A DNA stretch of 64,000 nt, from positions 7,276 through 71,275 of the forward strand of contig DASYVR010000024.1 of the NCBI GenBank assembly GCA_035936995.1, read 5' to 3'. Position 1 is the stretch's first letter. Each line of letters starts with the position of its first letter. The translations under genes were made by a program, and so were the position numbers. Below the pieces are notes generated by a model, which was given only the letters and a program-made list of their open reading frames with translations, was not told the origin of the DNA and did no database searches. This document shows positions 1 to 8,107 of the stretch, in pieces. Source of the DNA: Candidatus Dormiibacterota bacterium. GTDB lineage: Bacteria; Chloroflexota; Dormibacteria; CF-121.

Positions 1-136
1 AGGGAACGCTCGTGGCTGCCGCATTCCGTCCGGCAACGTGCGGGATGGCCTGCGGCTGGTTGACGCTGCGCGTGCTGATAAGGAGGGCAAGAATCGCAAG
101 ACCCAGCGCCGGTTTCCAGGCAGTCCTGACCAACAT
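1..136 (-). CDS. N-terminal fragment of an exported protein; continues beyond the window start
   Basis: Minus-strand ATG at 136-134 opens MLVRTAWKPALGLAILALLISTRSVNQ..., which looks like a signal peptide. The frame stays open to position 1. Too short for the ORF track. Confidence 0.3.
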   Translation of the reverse strand, partial: MLVRTAWKPALGLAILALLISTRSVNQPQAIPHVAGRNAAATSVP

Positions 137-381
137 GTCCGTGCGCGAAGCCGGCTTTTTAAGCCGGTAAAGTACCTCTAGCCTCACACCCTCCCTCGGC
201 ATGGGTCGTTACGCCCGCAGGCGGTCGAAGTATCAGCGGCGAGTTTTGACGTTAGGCGACCGGATTTGGACCGTCAAGCAAACTGCGCGAAACTCCGAGC
301 ATCCTGCCCATTCGGGCGCGGGCCTTTGCCCGAAGGTCAGGCGCGAGCCGCCAAACAGGTAGAGAAGTGGCAGAAGGCCTG

Positions 382-2517
382 TCAGGAAGCCTGAGCGGCG
401 AGATCGTCCCGCCGGCCGGGCATCGATTTGAGCGCCGCCGTGAGTAGGTCCTGGGCGGTTAGCGCGTCACCGTGGTATTCGGCCGTCCCCCAGCGGATCG
501 AAATCCGGTCCGACTGCAGCGCCGTTTCGATCCGCCCGGCCAGGACGCCGGCCTGCGAGGCATCGATCCCAGGGGCCAGGATGGCGAAGTCGTCCCCGAT
601 CCACCGCGAGGCCAGGTCGTCGCCGCGGATCGATGTCCGAATCGCCCGGGCGATTCGCTTCAGGACGGCGTCACCGGCGCGGTGCCCGTACGCCGCGTTG
701 GTCTCGCGAAGGTTATCCACGTCGAGCATCAGCAAGGTCCCCCACGACTGGGGTCGCAGCATCCGCTTGTTGACCGCGTCTTCGAACGCCGCGCGGTTCA
801 TCAAGCCGGTCAAGGCATCCACGGTCGCGGCCGAGGCGAGCCGGTCGATCAGTCGAGCGTTCGCCATCGAAACGGCTGCCTGGTTGGCCAGAATCGTCAG
901 CAGGCGCAACTGATCGAGCGAGTACTGATTCAGCCCCAGCTTCAGAACGACGATGACCGCCAGGATCTCGTCTTCAAACATGACCGGGACCGCCAGCATC
1001 GACTCGTCGATCACCTCGGTTCCCTGCACATGCGCCGCCTTGGGGTGGTGTTCGGTATCACCCAGCACGACCCCGCGGCGTGACTCGGCTACCCAGCCGG
1101 CAATACCCTCTCCCATCTCGACCGCGGCATTGCCGGCCGTCACCTCCCGATATTCCTCTCGGTCGGTTCCTCGGAGGTAGACGACCTGCAAGCGACTGTG
1201 GTCCTCATTCATCAACAGCACCCGGCACTGGTCATGTGGAAGCAGGGCGGTAATGGTCTCGCCGATGCGGTTGCAGATGTCCTCGATGCTGGTTGCGCGG
1301 GCGAGCTGCTGGCCGAGGGTCTCCACGGTCTGCATATGCTGCGCCCACCCGCGCGGGCCTGAAAGCGCCGCTTCGGGTGTCGGTTGGCCGGACGCGTCGG
1401 CTGCGGCCGTGATGTGGGGCGGGTCGTGCTCGATGAGCTCGAGCATCACGTCGACCACTCGCGGGTCGAACTGCTGGCTCGTTTCCTTCCGGAATTCGGC
1501 CACGATCTCCTCGAGCGGCAGCGCCTTCCGGTAAGAACGGTCGGAGGCCATGGCGTGGAACGAGTCGCAAGCGTGGATGATGCGCGCCTCGATCGGAATT
1601 TCCTCCCCCTTGAGGCCATCGGGATATCCGGTGCCGTTCCATCGCTCGTGCTCCGCACGGACGATGGGACCCAGCGGAGCCAGAAACGGCACGGAGGCGA
1701 GGATGCGCTCGCCGATGACCGGGTGCTCGCGCATGATGGCGAATTCTTCGGGCGTCAGCTGACCTGGCTTCTGCAGGATATAGCCAGGGATGCCGATCTT
1801 GCCGATATCGTGAAGCAGGGCACCGTATTCGAGCAGGCGCAGCTGCTCGGCCGGCAAACCGAGCCGCTTCCCGACGTTGACCGCGAGCTCCGCCGTTTCC
1901 CGCGAGTGCTCCTCCGTGTACCGATCTTTCGCGTCGAGCGCCGCGGCCAGGGCCCCGATCGTCGCGACGTAGCTTTCTTCTTGCTGCCGGCGGCGGCCCT
2001 CGTACTCGTTGAGCAACGCGCGGCGCACGCGGGCCGGAATGTAGGCGCATAACATGGTCGCGACGGCCAGCACGACCAGGGTTCGGGCGTAAAAGTTGTC
2101 CCAGCCATTGATGAAGAGCGGCAGCGTCGCGGTCGCCGCCGTCAGCAGGGCAATCGCGGCTCCGGTACGGAATCCGTACGCCGCCGCCATGAACACGGCA
2201 GGCGCAATGAAGATCGGCAGGATATGCGAGTGAATGCCGCCGGTGTACATGAGCATGAACCCGAGCAGGACCAGGCCCGGCACGACGATCACCACCAGGA
2301 ATCGCTCGACCGGCAGGCGGTGCCAGGGGAAAAACCAGCTCACGACCGCCCCTACACAAGAAAGGATGCCGACGATCCAGATGCCGGCGAAGTCGAGGTG
2401 GGGCGCCCCGACGAAGCTGCTGCCGACGTTGACCGTGGCTGCGGTCAGGAAGGCGATCGCGGCGATGCGGAACATCGCCTGGTGGAAGTCGGCCGGAATT
2501 CGCTCGTTTTGGGCCAT
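382..2517 (-). CDS. Membrane-bound c-di-GMP signalling protein: polytopic N-terminus, HD-GYP phosphodiesterase, GAF, degenerate GGDEF
   Basis: 711 aa ORF with a hydrophobic N-terminus. LLHDIGKIGIP and HERWNGTGYPDGL mark HD-GYP, and the middle is GAF-like. The C-terminus DALTGLMNRAAF...RGDDLASRWIGDDFAIL is a GGDEF fold with motif IGDDF and a retained RxxD. Confidence 0.85.
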   Translation of the reverse strand: MAQNERIPADFHQAMFRIAAIAFLTAATVNVGSSFVGAPHLDFAGIWIVGILSCVGAVVSWFFPWHRLPVERFLVVIVVPGLVLLGFMLMYTGGIHSHILPIFIAPAVFMAAAYGFRTGAAIALLTAATATLPLFINGWDNFYARTLVVLAVATMLCAYIPARVRRALLNEYEGRRRQQEESYVATIGALAAALDAKDRYTEEHSRETAELAVNVGKRLGLPAEQLRLLEYGALLHDIGKIGIPGYILQKPGQLTPEEFAIMREHPVIGERILASVPFLAPLGPIVRAEHERWNGTGYPDGLKGEEIPIEARIIHACDSFHAMASDRSYRKALPLEEIVAEFRKETSQQFDPRVVDVMLELIEHDPPHITAAADASGQPTPEAALSGPRGWAQHMQTVETLGQQLARATSIEDICNRIGETITALLPHDQCRVLLMNEDHSRLQVVYLRGTDREEYREVTAGNAAVEMGEGIAGWVAESRRGVVLGDTEHHPKAAHVQGTEVIDESMLAVPVMFEDEILAVIVVLKLGLNQYSLDQLRLLTILANQAAVSMANARLIDRLASAATVDALTGLMNRAAFEDAVNKRMLRPQSWGTLLMLDVDNLRETNAAYGHRAGDAVLKRIARAIRTSIRGDDLASRWIGDDFAILAPGIDASQAGVLAGRIETALQSDRISIRWGTAEYHGDALTAQDLLTAALKSMPGRRDDLAAQAS

Positions 2518-2526
2518 GCGGCGCCA

Positions 2527-2541
2527 AATACAACGTGTATT
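2527..2541. promoter_or_regulatory. Inverted repeat AATACA-ACG-TGTATT in a divergent intergenic region
   Basis: AT-rich 6-bp arms in otherwise GC-rich DNA, between the HD-GYP gene start (2517, minus) and the ferritin-like gene start (2628, plus). Confidence 0.35.
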
Positions 2542-2627
2542 CGGGCAGCTTCCAGCGACCCGCCATGCGGCGCCGGCTTCGGCCGGGGGAGTTGCCGATC
2601 GGCGACCGGTCCGCCCAAAATGGCCGT

Positions 2628-3953
2628 ATGGCCGCCGGCAGGGAGGGGAACGGATCGGCGCCGGAGCCGCCGCTTCGGGTCGAGAGCCGGGAGGAGCTCG
2701 TTTACCTGTTAGGGGAGGCCTGCGAGCTCGAGCACGGCCTGCTCTGCGAGTACCTCTACGCTCAGTTCTCCCTCAAGCGCAGCGTTGGTGAGGGCGTCAC
2801 ACCGGAGCAACTGGCGCGGATCCAGGCCTGGGAGCTGACCATCATCGACGTCGTCAAGCAGGAGATGCTGCACCTGGCTCTGGCCACCAATATCCTGACC
2901 GCGATCGGGGCGGCGCCCCATTTCGAGCGGCCCAACTTCCCGATCCTGTCGCGCTGGTATCCGCCGGACGTCCAGATCGCCCTGGTGCCCTTCGGCGAGC
3001 GCGCACTGCGTCATTTCATGTTCCTCGAGCGTCCAGAAGGTATGCCGCTCCGCGATGCCGAGGGCTTTGGCGCCGTCGGTCAGATCCGGCCACTCACGGT
3101 CGATGATCCGCAAATCACGGCCGGTGCGGAGGAATGGCACACGGTCGGCCACCTCTATCGCGGCATCGAGACGGGGCTCGCCCACCTCGTCGATCGCTAC
3201 GGAGAGTCGAATGTCTTCATCGGTCCGGCGAAGGTGCAGGCAACAACGCAGGTCTTCGAGTGGCCGCAATTGACCGCCGTGACCAACCTCGCGTCAGCCA
3301 GTTCAGCCATTGAGATCATCGTCGAGCAGGGCGAGGGCGCCCGCGGCGACTGGGTGAACTCACACTTCGGCAAATTCGTCGGGATCCTCGAGGACTATCT
3401 GGCGGTGCGCGCGACGGACCCCACCTTCGAGCCCGCGCGTCCGGTGATACCCGCCTTCCTGAGGGAACCACCTGATGTCGACCTTGTGACACTGATCAAA
3501 GATCCGCTGACGAAGCGCGTGGCCGACCTGTTCAACGCCGTCTATGAAGTCGTCCTCCAGGTTCAGAGCCGCTATTTCGTCCATCATGGCGAGACGCCGG
3601 AGGAACTCGAAACGCTCGCCTTGACGGCAAAGCATTCGATGAACTGGGTGATGCGAAAGCTCGGCCCGATCATGACGGCCCTTCCGGTCGGGCCCGAACA
3701 CCCTGGCCGGACAGCGGGCCCAGCCTTCGAGATCGTGCGCCCGGCCTTCTTCGTGCTCCCCCACCGCGACGCCGCCTGGAGGATCGTGCGCGAGCGGCTG
3801 GAGACCCTGGCCGAGGTTTCGGTGAAGCTCGCGGAAGAGCCCGGGCTCGTCGGGATGAAAGAGATCGCGAGCAACTTACGGGGCTTCGCGAGCGATATGG
3901 GCCGACATCTCGAGGCGCGGGCTGCTGCGACTCCGATCGTCACCCCGACGTAG
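2628..3953 (+). CDS. Ferritin-like domain protein (PF12902-like)
   Basis: LGEACELEHGLLCEYLYAQFSLK and EMLHLALATNILTAIGAAPHFERPNFP resemble the ferritin-like family. The ORF opens at 2535, but ATG 2628 (MAAGREG) avoids an Arg-rich leader. Start uncertain. Confidence 0.65.
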   Translation: MAAGREGNGSAPEPPLRVESREELVYLLGEACELEHGLLCEYLYAQFSLKRSVGEGVTPEQLARIQAWELTIIDVVKQEMLHLALATNILTAIGAAPHFERPNFPILSRWYPPDVQIALVPFGERALRHFMFLERPEGMPLRDAEGFGAVGQIRPLTVDDPQITAGAEEWHTVGHLYRGIETGLAHLVDRYGESNVFIGPAKVQATTQVFEWPQLTAVTNLASASSAIEIIVEQGEGARGDWVNSHFGKFVGILEDYLAVRATDPTFEPARPVIPAFLREPPDVDLVTLIKDPLTKRVADLFNAVYEVVLQVQSRYFVHHGETPEELETLALTAKHSMNWVMRKLGPIMTALPVGPEHPGRTAGPAFEIVRPAFFVLPHRDAAWRIVRERLETLAEVSVKLAEEPGLVGMKEIASNLRGFASDMGRHLEARAAATPIVTPT

Positions 3954-3968
3954 CGGCGAATAGCCCCC

Positions 3969-4214
3969 TTAGCCGGTTAGTTGCTGGTAGCGCGACGACC
4001 AAAACCGGAGGCGCCGCTGGAAGCGGTTGGCTGCCCGGATAACAGTATCGCTCGGGCTCGCCACCTCACGGACCATTTCGTCGGTCTGCCTCGACAACTC
4101 GCGATAGGCCTTCAGCCAGAACTTGGCTTCCTCGGGGTCTTTGGTGCTGGTGTCCTCTGTCGGCAGGCGCTCGATGTCCGTCGCCATCTCGTCCGTGACC
4201 ATCTTCTTGTTCAT
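3969..4214 (-). CDS. Small acidic hypothetical protein
   Basis: 81 aa ORF with protein-like composition (MNKKMVTDEMATDIERLPTEDTSTKDPEEAKFWLKAYRELSRQ...). No motif recognised. Confidence 0.4.
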   Translation of the reverse strand: MNKKMVTDEMATDIERLPTEDTSTKDPEEAKFWLKAYRELSRQTDEMVREVASPSDTVIRAANRFQRRLRFWSSRYQQLTG

Positions 4215-4361
4215 TCGTCGGTGAAGCCTAGCGGCTGACCCGCAAAAAAATCAGTAATCGTGACAAATACGTCATTTACTCGAGGTGACCGGAAACCACC
4301 GCATGTGCCACTGTGGACGCCAGCCACGATCTGCGATCGTGCCCGGCAGACGGCAGAGTAG

Positions 4362-4668
4362 ATGACGGACGCGCCTTCAACGTCGCTCCTCCCCGGTCTC
4401 GCCACCAGGCGCCAGTTCCTGCAGGTAGCGGGCGTGGCGGCCCTGGGACCGACTGTGCTGAGCGCCCCGGGGTGTGACCCTGAACGGTCAGCGCATCGAC
4501 CCCTAGTCCGATGGCCGGCCGGATCCGCAGCCCAACGTCCGGGAAGACGTCAAGATTCTCGGGAACCTCACGGCCGCTTTCGACTTCAACGCAAAGCCAA
4601 GGGCACCGCTGCTTCTGCCGGTCCACCCCGCGACCACCGCTCACCGGCACGCCGGGTTAGGGAGCTAG
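4362..4668 (+). pseudogene. Remnant of a Tat-exported phosphoesterase (PLC/AcpA-like): Tat signal plus C-terminal fragment, middle deleted
   Basis: MTDAPSTSLLPGLATRRQFLQVAGVAALG is a twin-arginine signal. About 100 nt later, in another frame, SDGRPDPQPNVREDVKILGNLTAAFDFNAKPRAPLLLP resembles the C-terminal end of phosphoesterase-family proteins. Stops lie between the two pieces. Confidence 0.35.
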
Positions 4669-5033
4669 AGGCTCTCGCTGCGAGCCAGGGGAGCAAACGC
4701 CTGGCGGACACCGCGCTCTCCATCCTCACCGTTAGCGGTGATCGACAGCCGGATGCCATCGAGCGAATCCTCCATCGCAAAGGCCATCCAGGCGCAGCAG
4801 TCAGCCTCCAGCCGGACAAGCTGCGCCAGCGAGTCGTGGAGACCGAGCGCTTGGACGAAGGTAAAGGTGAGGCCTCCCGGTATGGCTGCGGAGGCTCTGA
4901 CGTACGTCCCGAGCTTGAGCCATGCGCGCTCTCTGTCCCGATAGTCAGCGGCCGTCAGGGTGCAGACGAGGAGGTTGTCCGACGCCGGGATCTGCAGTCG
5001 ATCACTGTTTTGGTCGAGATTCCTGTTTTGCAT
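4665..5033 (-). CDS. Conserved-looking hypothetical protein with Cys motifs (C-T-L ... EADCCAWM), divergent from MerR
   Basis: 122 aa ORF. LVCTLTAADYRDRERAW and LVRLEADCCAWMAF resemble small CC-motif proteins that I recall sitting next to MerR/ArsR regulators in actinobacteria. Confidence 0.55.
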   Translation of the reverse strand: MQNRNLDQNSDRLQIPASDNLLVCTLTAADYRDRERAWLKLGTYVRASAAIPGGLTFTFVQALGLHDSLAQLVRLEADCCAWMAFAMEDSLDGIRLSITANGEDGERGVRQAFAPLARSESL

Positions 5034-5048
5034 GCTGACTACGTTCGC

Positions 5049-5068
5049 ACTTCAAGTAGACTTGAAGT
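5049..5068. promoter_or_regulatory. Perfect inverted repeat ACTTCAAGT-AG-ACTTGAAGT; candidate MerR operator
   Basis: 9-bp perfect arms with a 2-bp spacer, centred in the 72-bp divergent spacer between 5033 (minus gene) and 5106 (merR-like). Confidence 0.6.
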
Positions 5069-5105
5069 CAAGGATGAATACGAAATCGGACGGTATGGGA
5101 CTTTC

Positions 5106-5627
5106 GTGAGCGCGTCGCTGAGCATCGGGGATGTTGCGGCCGCCAGCGGCCTTCGCACCTCCGCCATTCGCTATTACGAAGATGTCGGCATCTTGCCAAA
5201 GCCGGATCGGGTGAGCGGCAAGCGCCGCTATAACTCGGACACGGTCGATCGTCTCCTGATGATTCGATTTTGTAGCCGCCTCGGGATGCGCCTGACCGAC
5301 GTACGTGGGCTGCTGGCCACCCCCCGGGGGAGTCGCGCAAAGGACTACTGGCGTCGGCTGGTCGATGGCAAGCTGGACGAGATTGATGGCTTGATCACGG
5401 CGGCCCAAGGGGTCAAACGCATCCTTCGCGAGAGCCGTGACTGCGACTGTGTGACGCTGTCGAGCTGCGCGTTTCTCAGGGATGAGCGCGCGAAGCCGCC
5501 TCCATCGCGCCGCCGCCTCAATGGCCTCCATCGGAGCGACGCTCCAGCTTTAGCGCAAGCAGCGGGCATTGCGCGACGGCCCGCCGTGCAAGCTCTTCGA
5601 GCTCGGAGCCAACCGGCTCGGAGCTGA
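5106..5627 (+). CDS. MerR family transcriptional regulator with a Cys-rich C-terminal segment
   Basis: GTG 5106 opens VSASLSIGDVAAASGLRTSAIRYYEDVGILPKPDRVSGKRRYNSDTVDRLLMIRF (MerR HTH), followed by SRDCDCVTLSSCAF. The upstream part of track ORF 4362..5627 is unrelated. Confidence 0.8.
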   Translation: MSASLSIGDVAAASGLRTSAIRYYEDVGILPKPDRVSGKRRYNSDTVDRLLMIRFCSRLGMRLTDVRGLLATPRGSRAKDYWRRLVDGKLDEIDGLITAAQGVKRILRESRDCDCVTLSSCAFLRDERAKPPPSRRRLNGLHRSDAPALAQAAGIARRPAVQALRARSQPARS

Positions 5628-5739
5628 CAATTGGAAAACCCCAATCGTCGAGCGTGATGCGTTCTGGGAGGATCTCGGCACAGTAACCGTGGGCGCCACA
5701 GCGAATCGGGTCCCAGCGGATGTGCCAACTCAGTGCCAT
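5518..5739 (-). CDS. Small ferredoxin (CxxHxxC...CP type)
   Basis: 73 aa with DPIRCGAHGYCAEILP ... AVAQCPLLAL. Overlaps the NuoF-like gene end by 10 nt. Confidence 0.75.
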   Translation of the reverse strand: MALSWHIRWDPIRCGAHGYCAEILPERITLDDWGFPIVSSEPVGSELEELARRAVAQCPLLALKLERRSDGGH

Positions 5740-7061
5740 TCGGTTCTCCCGGGCGCGGGTGGCAGGATGGTCGAGGCAACGCGTGAAGATCGGCAGGGTT
5801 GCCTGACCAGGTGGAGGGCGAGGTCACCCTCGAACACCCGCAGGGCACTGTTGAGCAGGCGAACCGCACCGTCCGGGTGGTGACAGGCGCCACGGTGGGA
5901 TACTTGGCCGGCCCATCGGACGAGACGGTCGCGATCCGATCGGTCGGTGCGGCCGAGCGCCGCCCGTTCCATCGCCGAGGCAATCCAGTCCAGCCCGAAG
6001 ACGCACGGGCCGCACTGCCCGGCACTTTCTCCCGCAAGATATCGCAGGATCCGGGCGCTCTCGGCCACCCCGCAGGATGTCGTGGGGAGCACCATCACGA
6101 CGCCGCAACCGAGCGACGTTCCATGGCTCGCCAGCTCCTGGTCTTCCAGCCGGAGGCTCCACGCCTCGTTCGCCGGAACCCAGGTCCCGAAATAACCGCC
6201 CAGCAGCACAGCCTGAGCGGCCCTCACCAGGCCCCCGGCCGCATCGATCACCTCGCCCACGGTTGCCCCGCGGTCAACTTCGATGACGCTTGGCCGGACC
6301 ACGGCGCCGAGGACTGTGACCAGGGCCGTGCCCGGCGATTCCACGGTGCCCACCTGGCGAAACCAGTCGGCTCCGTAACGCGCAATCAGAGCGACGTGTG
6401 CCAGTGTCTCGGCATTCTGGATGAGCGTTGGTCGGCCGAGGACCCCGACCTGATGGGGCCGGGGCGGCGTCATGGTCGGCTTGGCAGGTCCACCATTCAG
6501 GCGGTTGACCAGCGCTGAGGTTTCGCCAGCGACGTAGCGGGCCGGCGCGTCAACGATCTCGAAGCCGCATTCGTCACGGTTGAGACGACGTCGCTCCCCG
6601 GCGGCGAAGCGGAGCGCCTCGCGCGCCGCCGAATGTTCCCTCCCTACGTAGACGATGGCGCGCGACGCCGCGACGGACTCCACGGCGAGTGCCGCGCCGT
6701 CGAGGATGAGGTGCGGACGGAGCGCGCCCAGCGTCCGGTCCTTGAAGCTCGCAGGCTCCCCTTCCGCCAGATTGACCACGACCACGGCGTCGCCCCTCGA
6801 CCCAGCTGCGACCGACCTCCATTTGCGGCCGGTGGGAAAGCCGGCACCGCCGCGGCCGCGCAAATTGCTGGCGTCGAGCACATCCATCAGCCAGGTGCCA
6901 CCGCTGGGTCGGCGGCCGAGGCGGGTCAGGTGTTGAGGAAGTGGCTCAGCGCCTGGGCCAGCGGGCCCGGAGAGCAAGCGCCAGCAGGCCGTATCCGGCC
7001 GAGGCACGAACCATTGCGGATCGAGCCCTTGAGGATTGTGTGTGGGACGGGTTGCCAGCAT
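5730..7061 (-). CDS. NuoF-like FMN/Fe-S oxidoreductase (NADH dehydrogenase F-subunit domain protein)
   Basis: GRGGAGFPTGRKW is the NuoF FMN site and ESAGQCGPCVFG the 4Fe-4S site. Start trimmed to ATG 7061 (MLATRPT). Confidence 0.8.
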   Translation of the reverse strand: MLATRPTHNPQGLDPQWFVPRPDTACWRLLSGPAGPGAEPLPQHLTRLGRRPSGGTWLMDVLDASNLRGRGGAGFPTGRKWRSVAAGSRGDAVVVVNLAEGEPASFKDRTLGALRPHLILDGAALAVESVAASRAIVYVGREHSAAREALRFAAGERRRLNRDECGFEIVDAPARYVAGETSALVNRLNGGPAKPTMTPPRPHQVGVLGRPTLIQNAETLAHVALIARYGADWFRQVGTVESPGTALVTVLGAVVRPSVIEVDRGATVGEVIDAAGGLVRAAQAVLLGGYFGTWVPANEAWSLRLEDQELASHGTSLGCGVVMVLPTTSCGVAESARILRYLAGESAGQCGPCVFGLDWIASAMERAALGRTDRSDRDRLVRWAGQVSHRGACHHPDGAVRLLNSALRVFEGDLALHLVRQPCRSSRVASTILPPAPGRTEWH

Positions 7062-7069
7062 GCGACCGC

Positions 7070-8107
7070 TCAGACCGGCCGGATGACAACGCGGCCCGTG
7101 ACGCCGTTGTCCTTGCCCTGTTCCGTGATCACAATCTGCAACCGCGTCGTCCCGCATACCGCGGAAATCAATGAGGTCGTGTCGTCGACGGTTGGCGCAA
7201 TGCAACCGACGCGTCCACCGTGGATGACGGCTAGCATCGGCCCCGGATCGCCGGGGCCGGCCGGGCGGATCACGAACTGCACCGAAGGGTCGCGTTGGTC
7301 GGTCAGAAGCAACCGTGTCTGACCGGATGGGAGGCGCACATAGGCTCCGGCAACCGGGTCCTGAGTGATGCCAAGATCAGTCCCCGCTGAGGGTCGGGCC
7401 TGCGCGGTTGTCTGTGCCGCCACTGCCGTCCCACCGATCAGCGAGGGCGGAGTCCCGGCGCGCCGTGCCCAACCCGGTCGCAGCGGGCCATCGGCCGCCC
7501 AGACGGCCGTCGCCACCACCGCCAACGCCATGGCGATCGGAAGTGCCGACCGGAGCGTCGCGGTCTGGCCCGTTCCGGGTCCAATCCGCCATGCCACCGC
7601 TGCCAGCACGGTCAGGGTGCAGCCACCCGCGATTGCCAGCGACCACGTTGCCGGAGCGTCGGTGCCGGTCCCGAGGGAGTGGAAGATGGCGACTGGCCAC
7701 GATGCGTAGGCCAGCCAGTGCACCGTTTTCCATGCACGGAAACCGAGCAGCGGTCGGAGCGCGCTGGTGACCACGAGCGCCAGCACGAGTTCGCCCGCGA
7801 CAACCCCGAGCCCGAGCCAGAATGGACGATAGGCCGAGACGAACGGGATGGCCGCATCCCGCCAGCCCAGCTTTGCATAAGGGTCAGCCACCGCCGTGGC
7901 GACATGGGCCACCAGGAAGGCGACGGCGAAGAGACTGAGATTGCGGTGGAGCTCGGCGCTGACAAACCGCGGCCACACTCGCGAGCGCGCTGCGCTGCCG
8001 GCCGTCAGGATCCCGAGCGCCACCACCGCCGTCAGCAGCAGGAGGGTAGCGGTCCCCGCGCCGCGAGTGGCAAACCAGAGCGGGCTTGGCGCCGCCGCCG
8101 CCATCAT
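7070..8107 (-). CDS. Ferric-reductase-like (bis-heme b) transmembrane protein with a C-terminal domain of unknown function
   Basis: Starts MMAAAAPSPLWFATRGAGTATLLL. His pairs H54/H68 and H130/H143 sit in TM helices with 14/13 spacing. The start ATG overlaps the ApbE stop as ATGA. The last ~130 aa carry no motif I recognise. Confidence 0.75.
   Translation of the reverse strand: MMAAAAPSPLWFATRGAGTATLLLLTAVVALGILTAGSAARSRVWPRFVSAELHRNLSLFAVAFLVAHVATAVADPYAKLGWRDAAIPFVSAYRPFWLGLGVVAGELVLALVVTSALRPLLGFRAWKTVHWLAYASWPVAIFHSLGTGTDAPATWSLAIAGGCTLTVLAAVAWRIGPGTGQTATLRSALPIAMALAVVATAVWAADGPLRPGWARRAGTPPSLIGGTAVAAQTTAQARPSAGTDLGITQDPVAGAYVRLPSGQTRLLLTDQRDPSVQFVIRPAGPGDPGPMLAVIHGGRVGCIAPTVDDTTSLISAVCGTTRLQIVITEQGKDNGVTGRVVIRPV

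Noticed and set aside
151-170. Hairpin CCGGCTT-TTT-AAGCCGG as an intrinsic terminator
   Set aside because: The stem is short and the T-run lies in the loop rather than after the stem on either strand. It cannot be called a terminator with confidence. The same holds for the TTCGGGC...GCCCGAA hairpin near 322-345.
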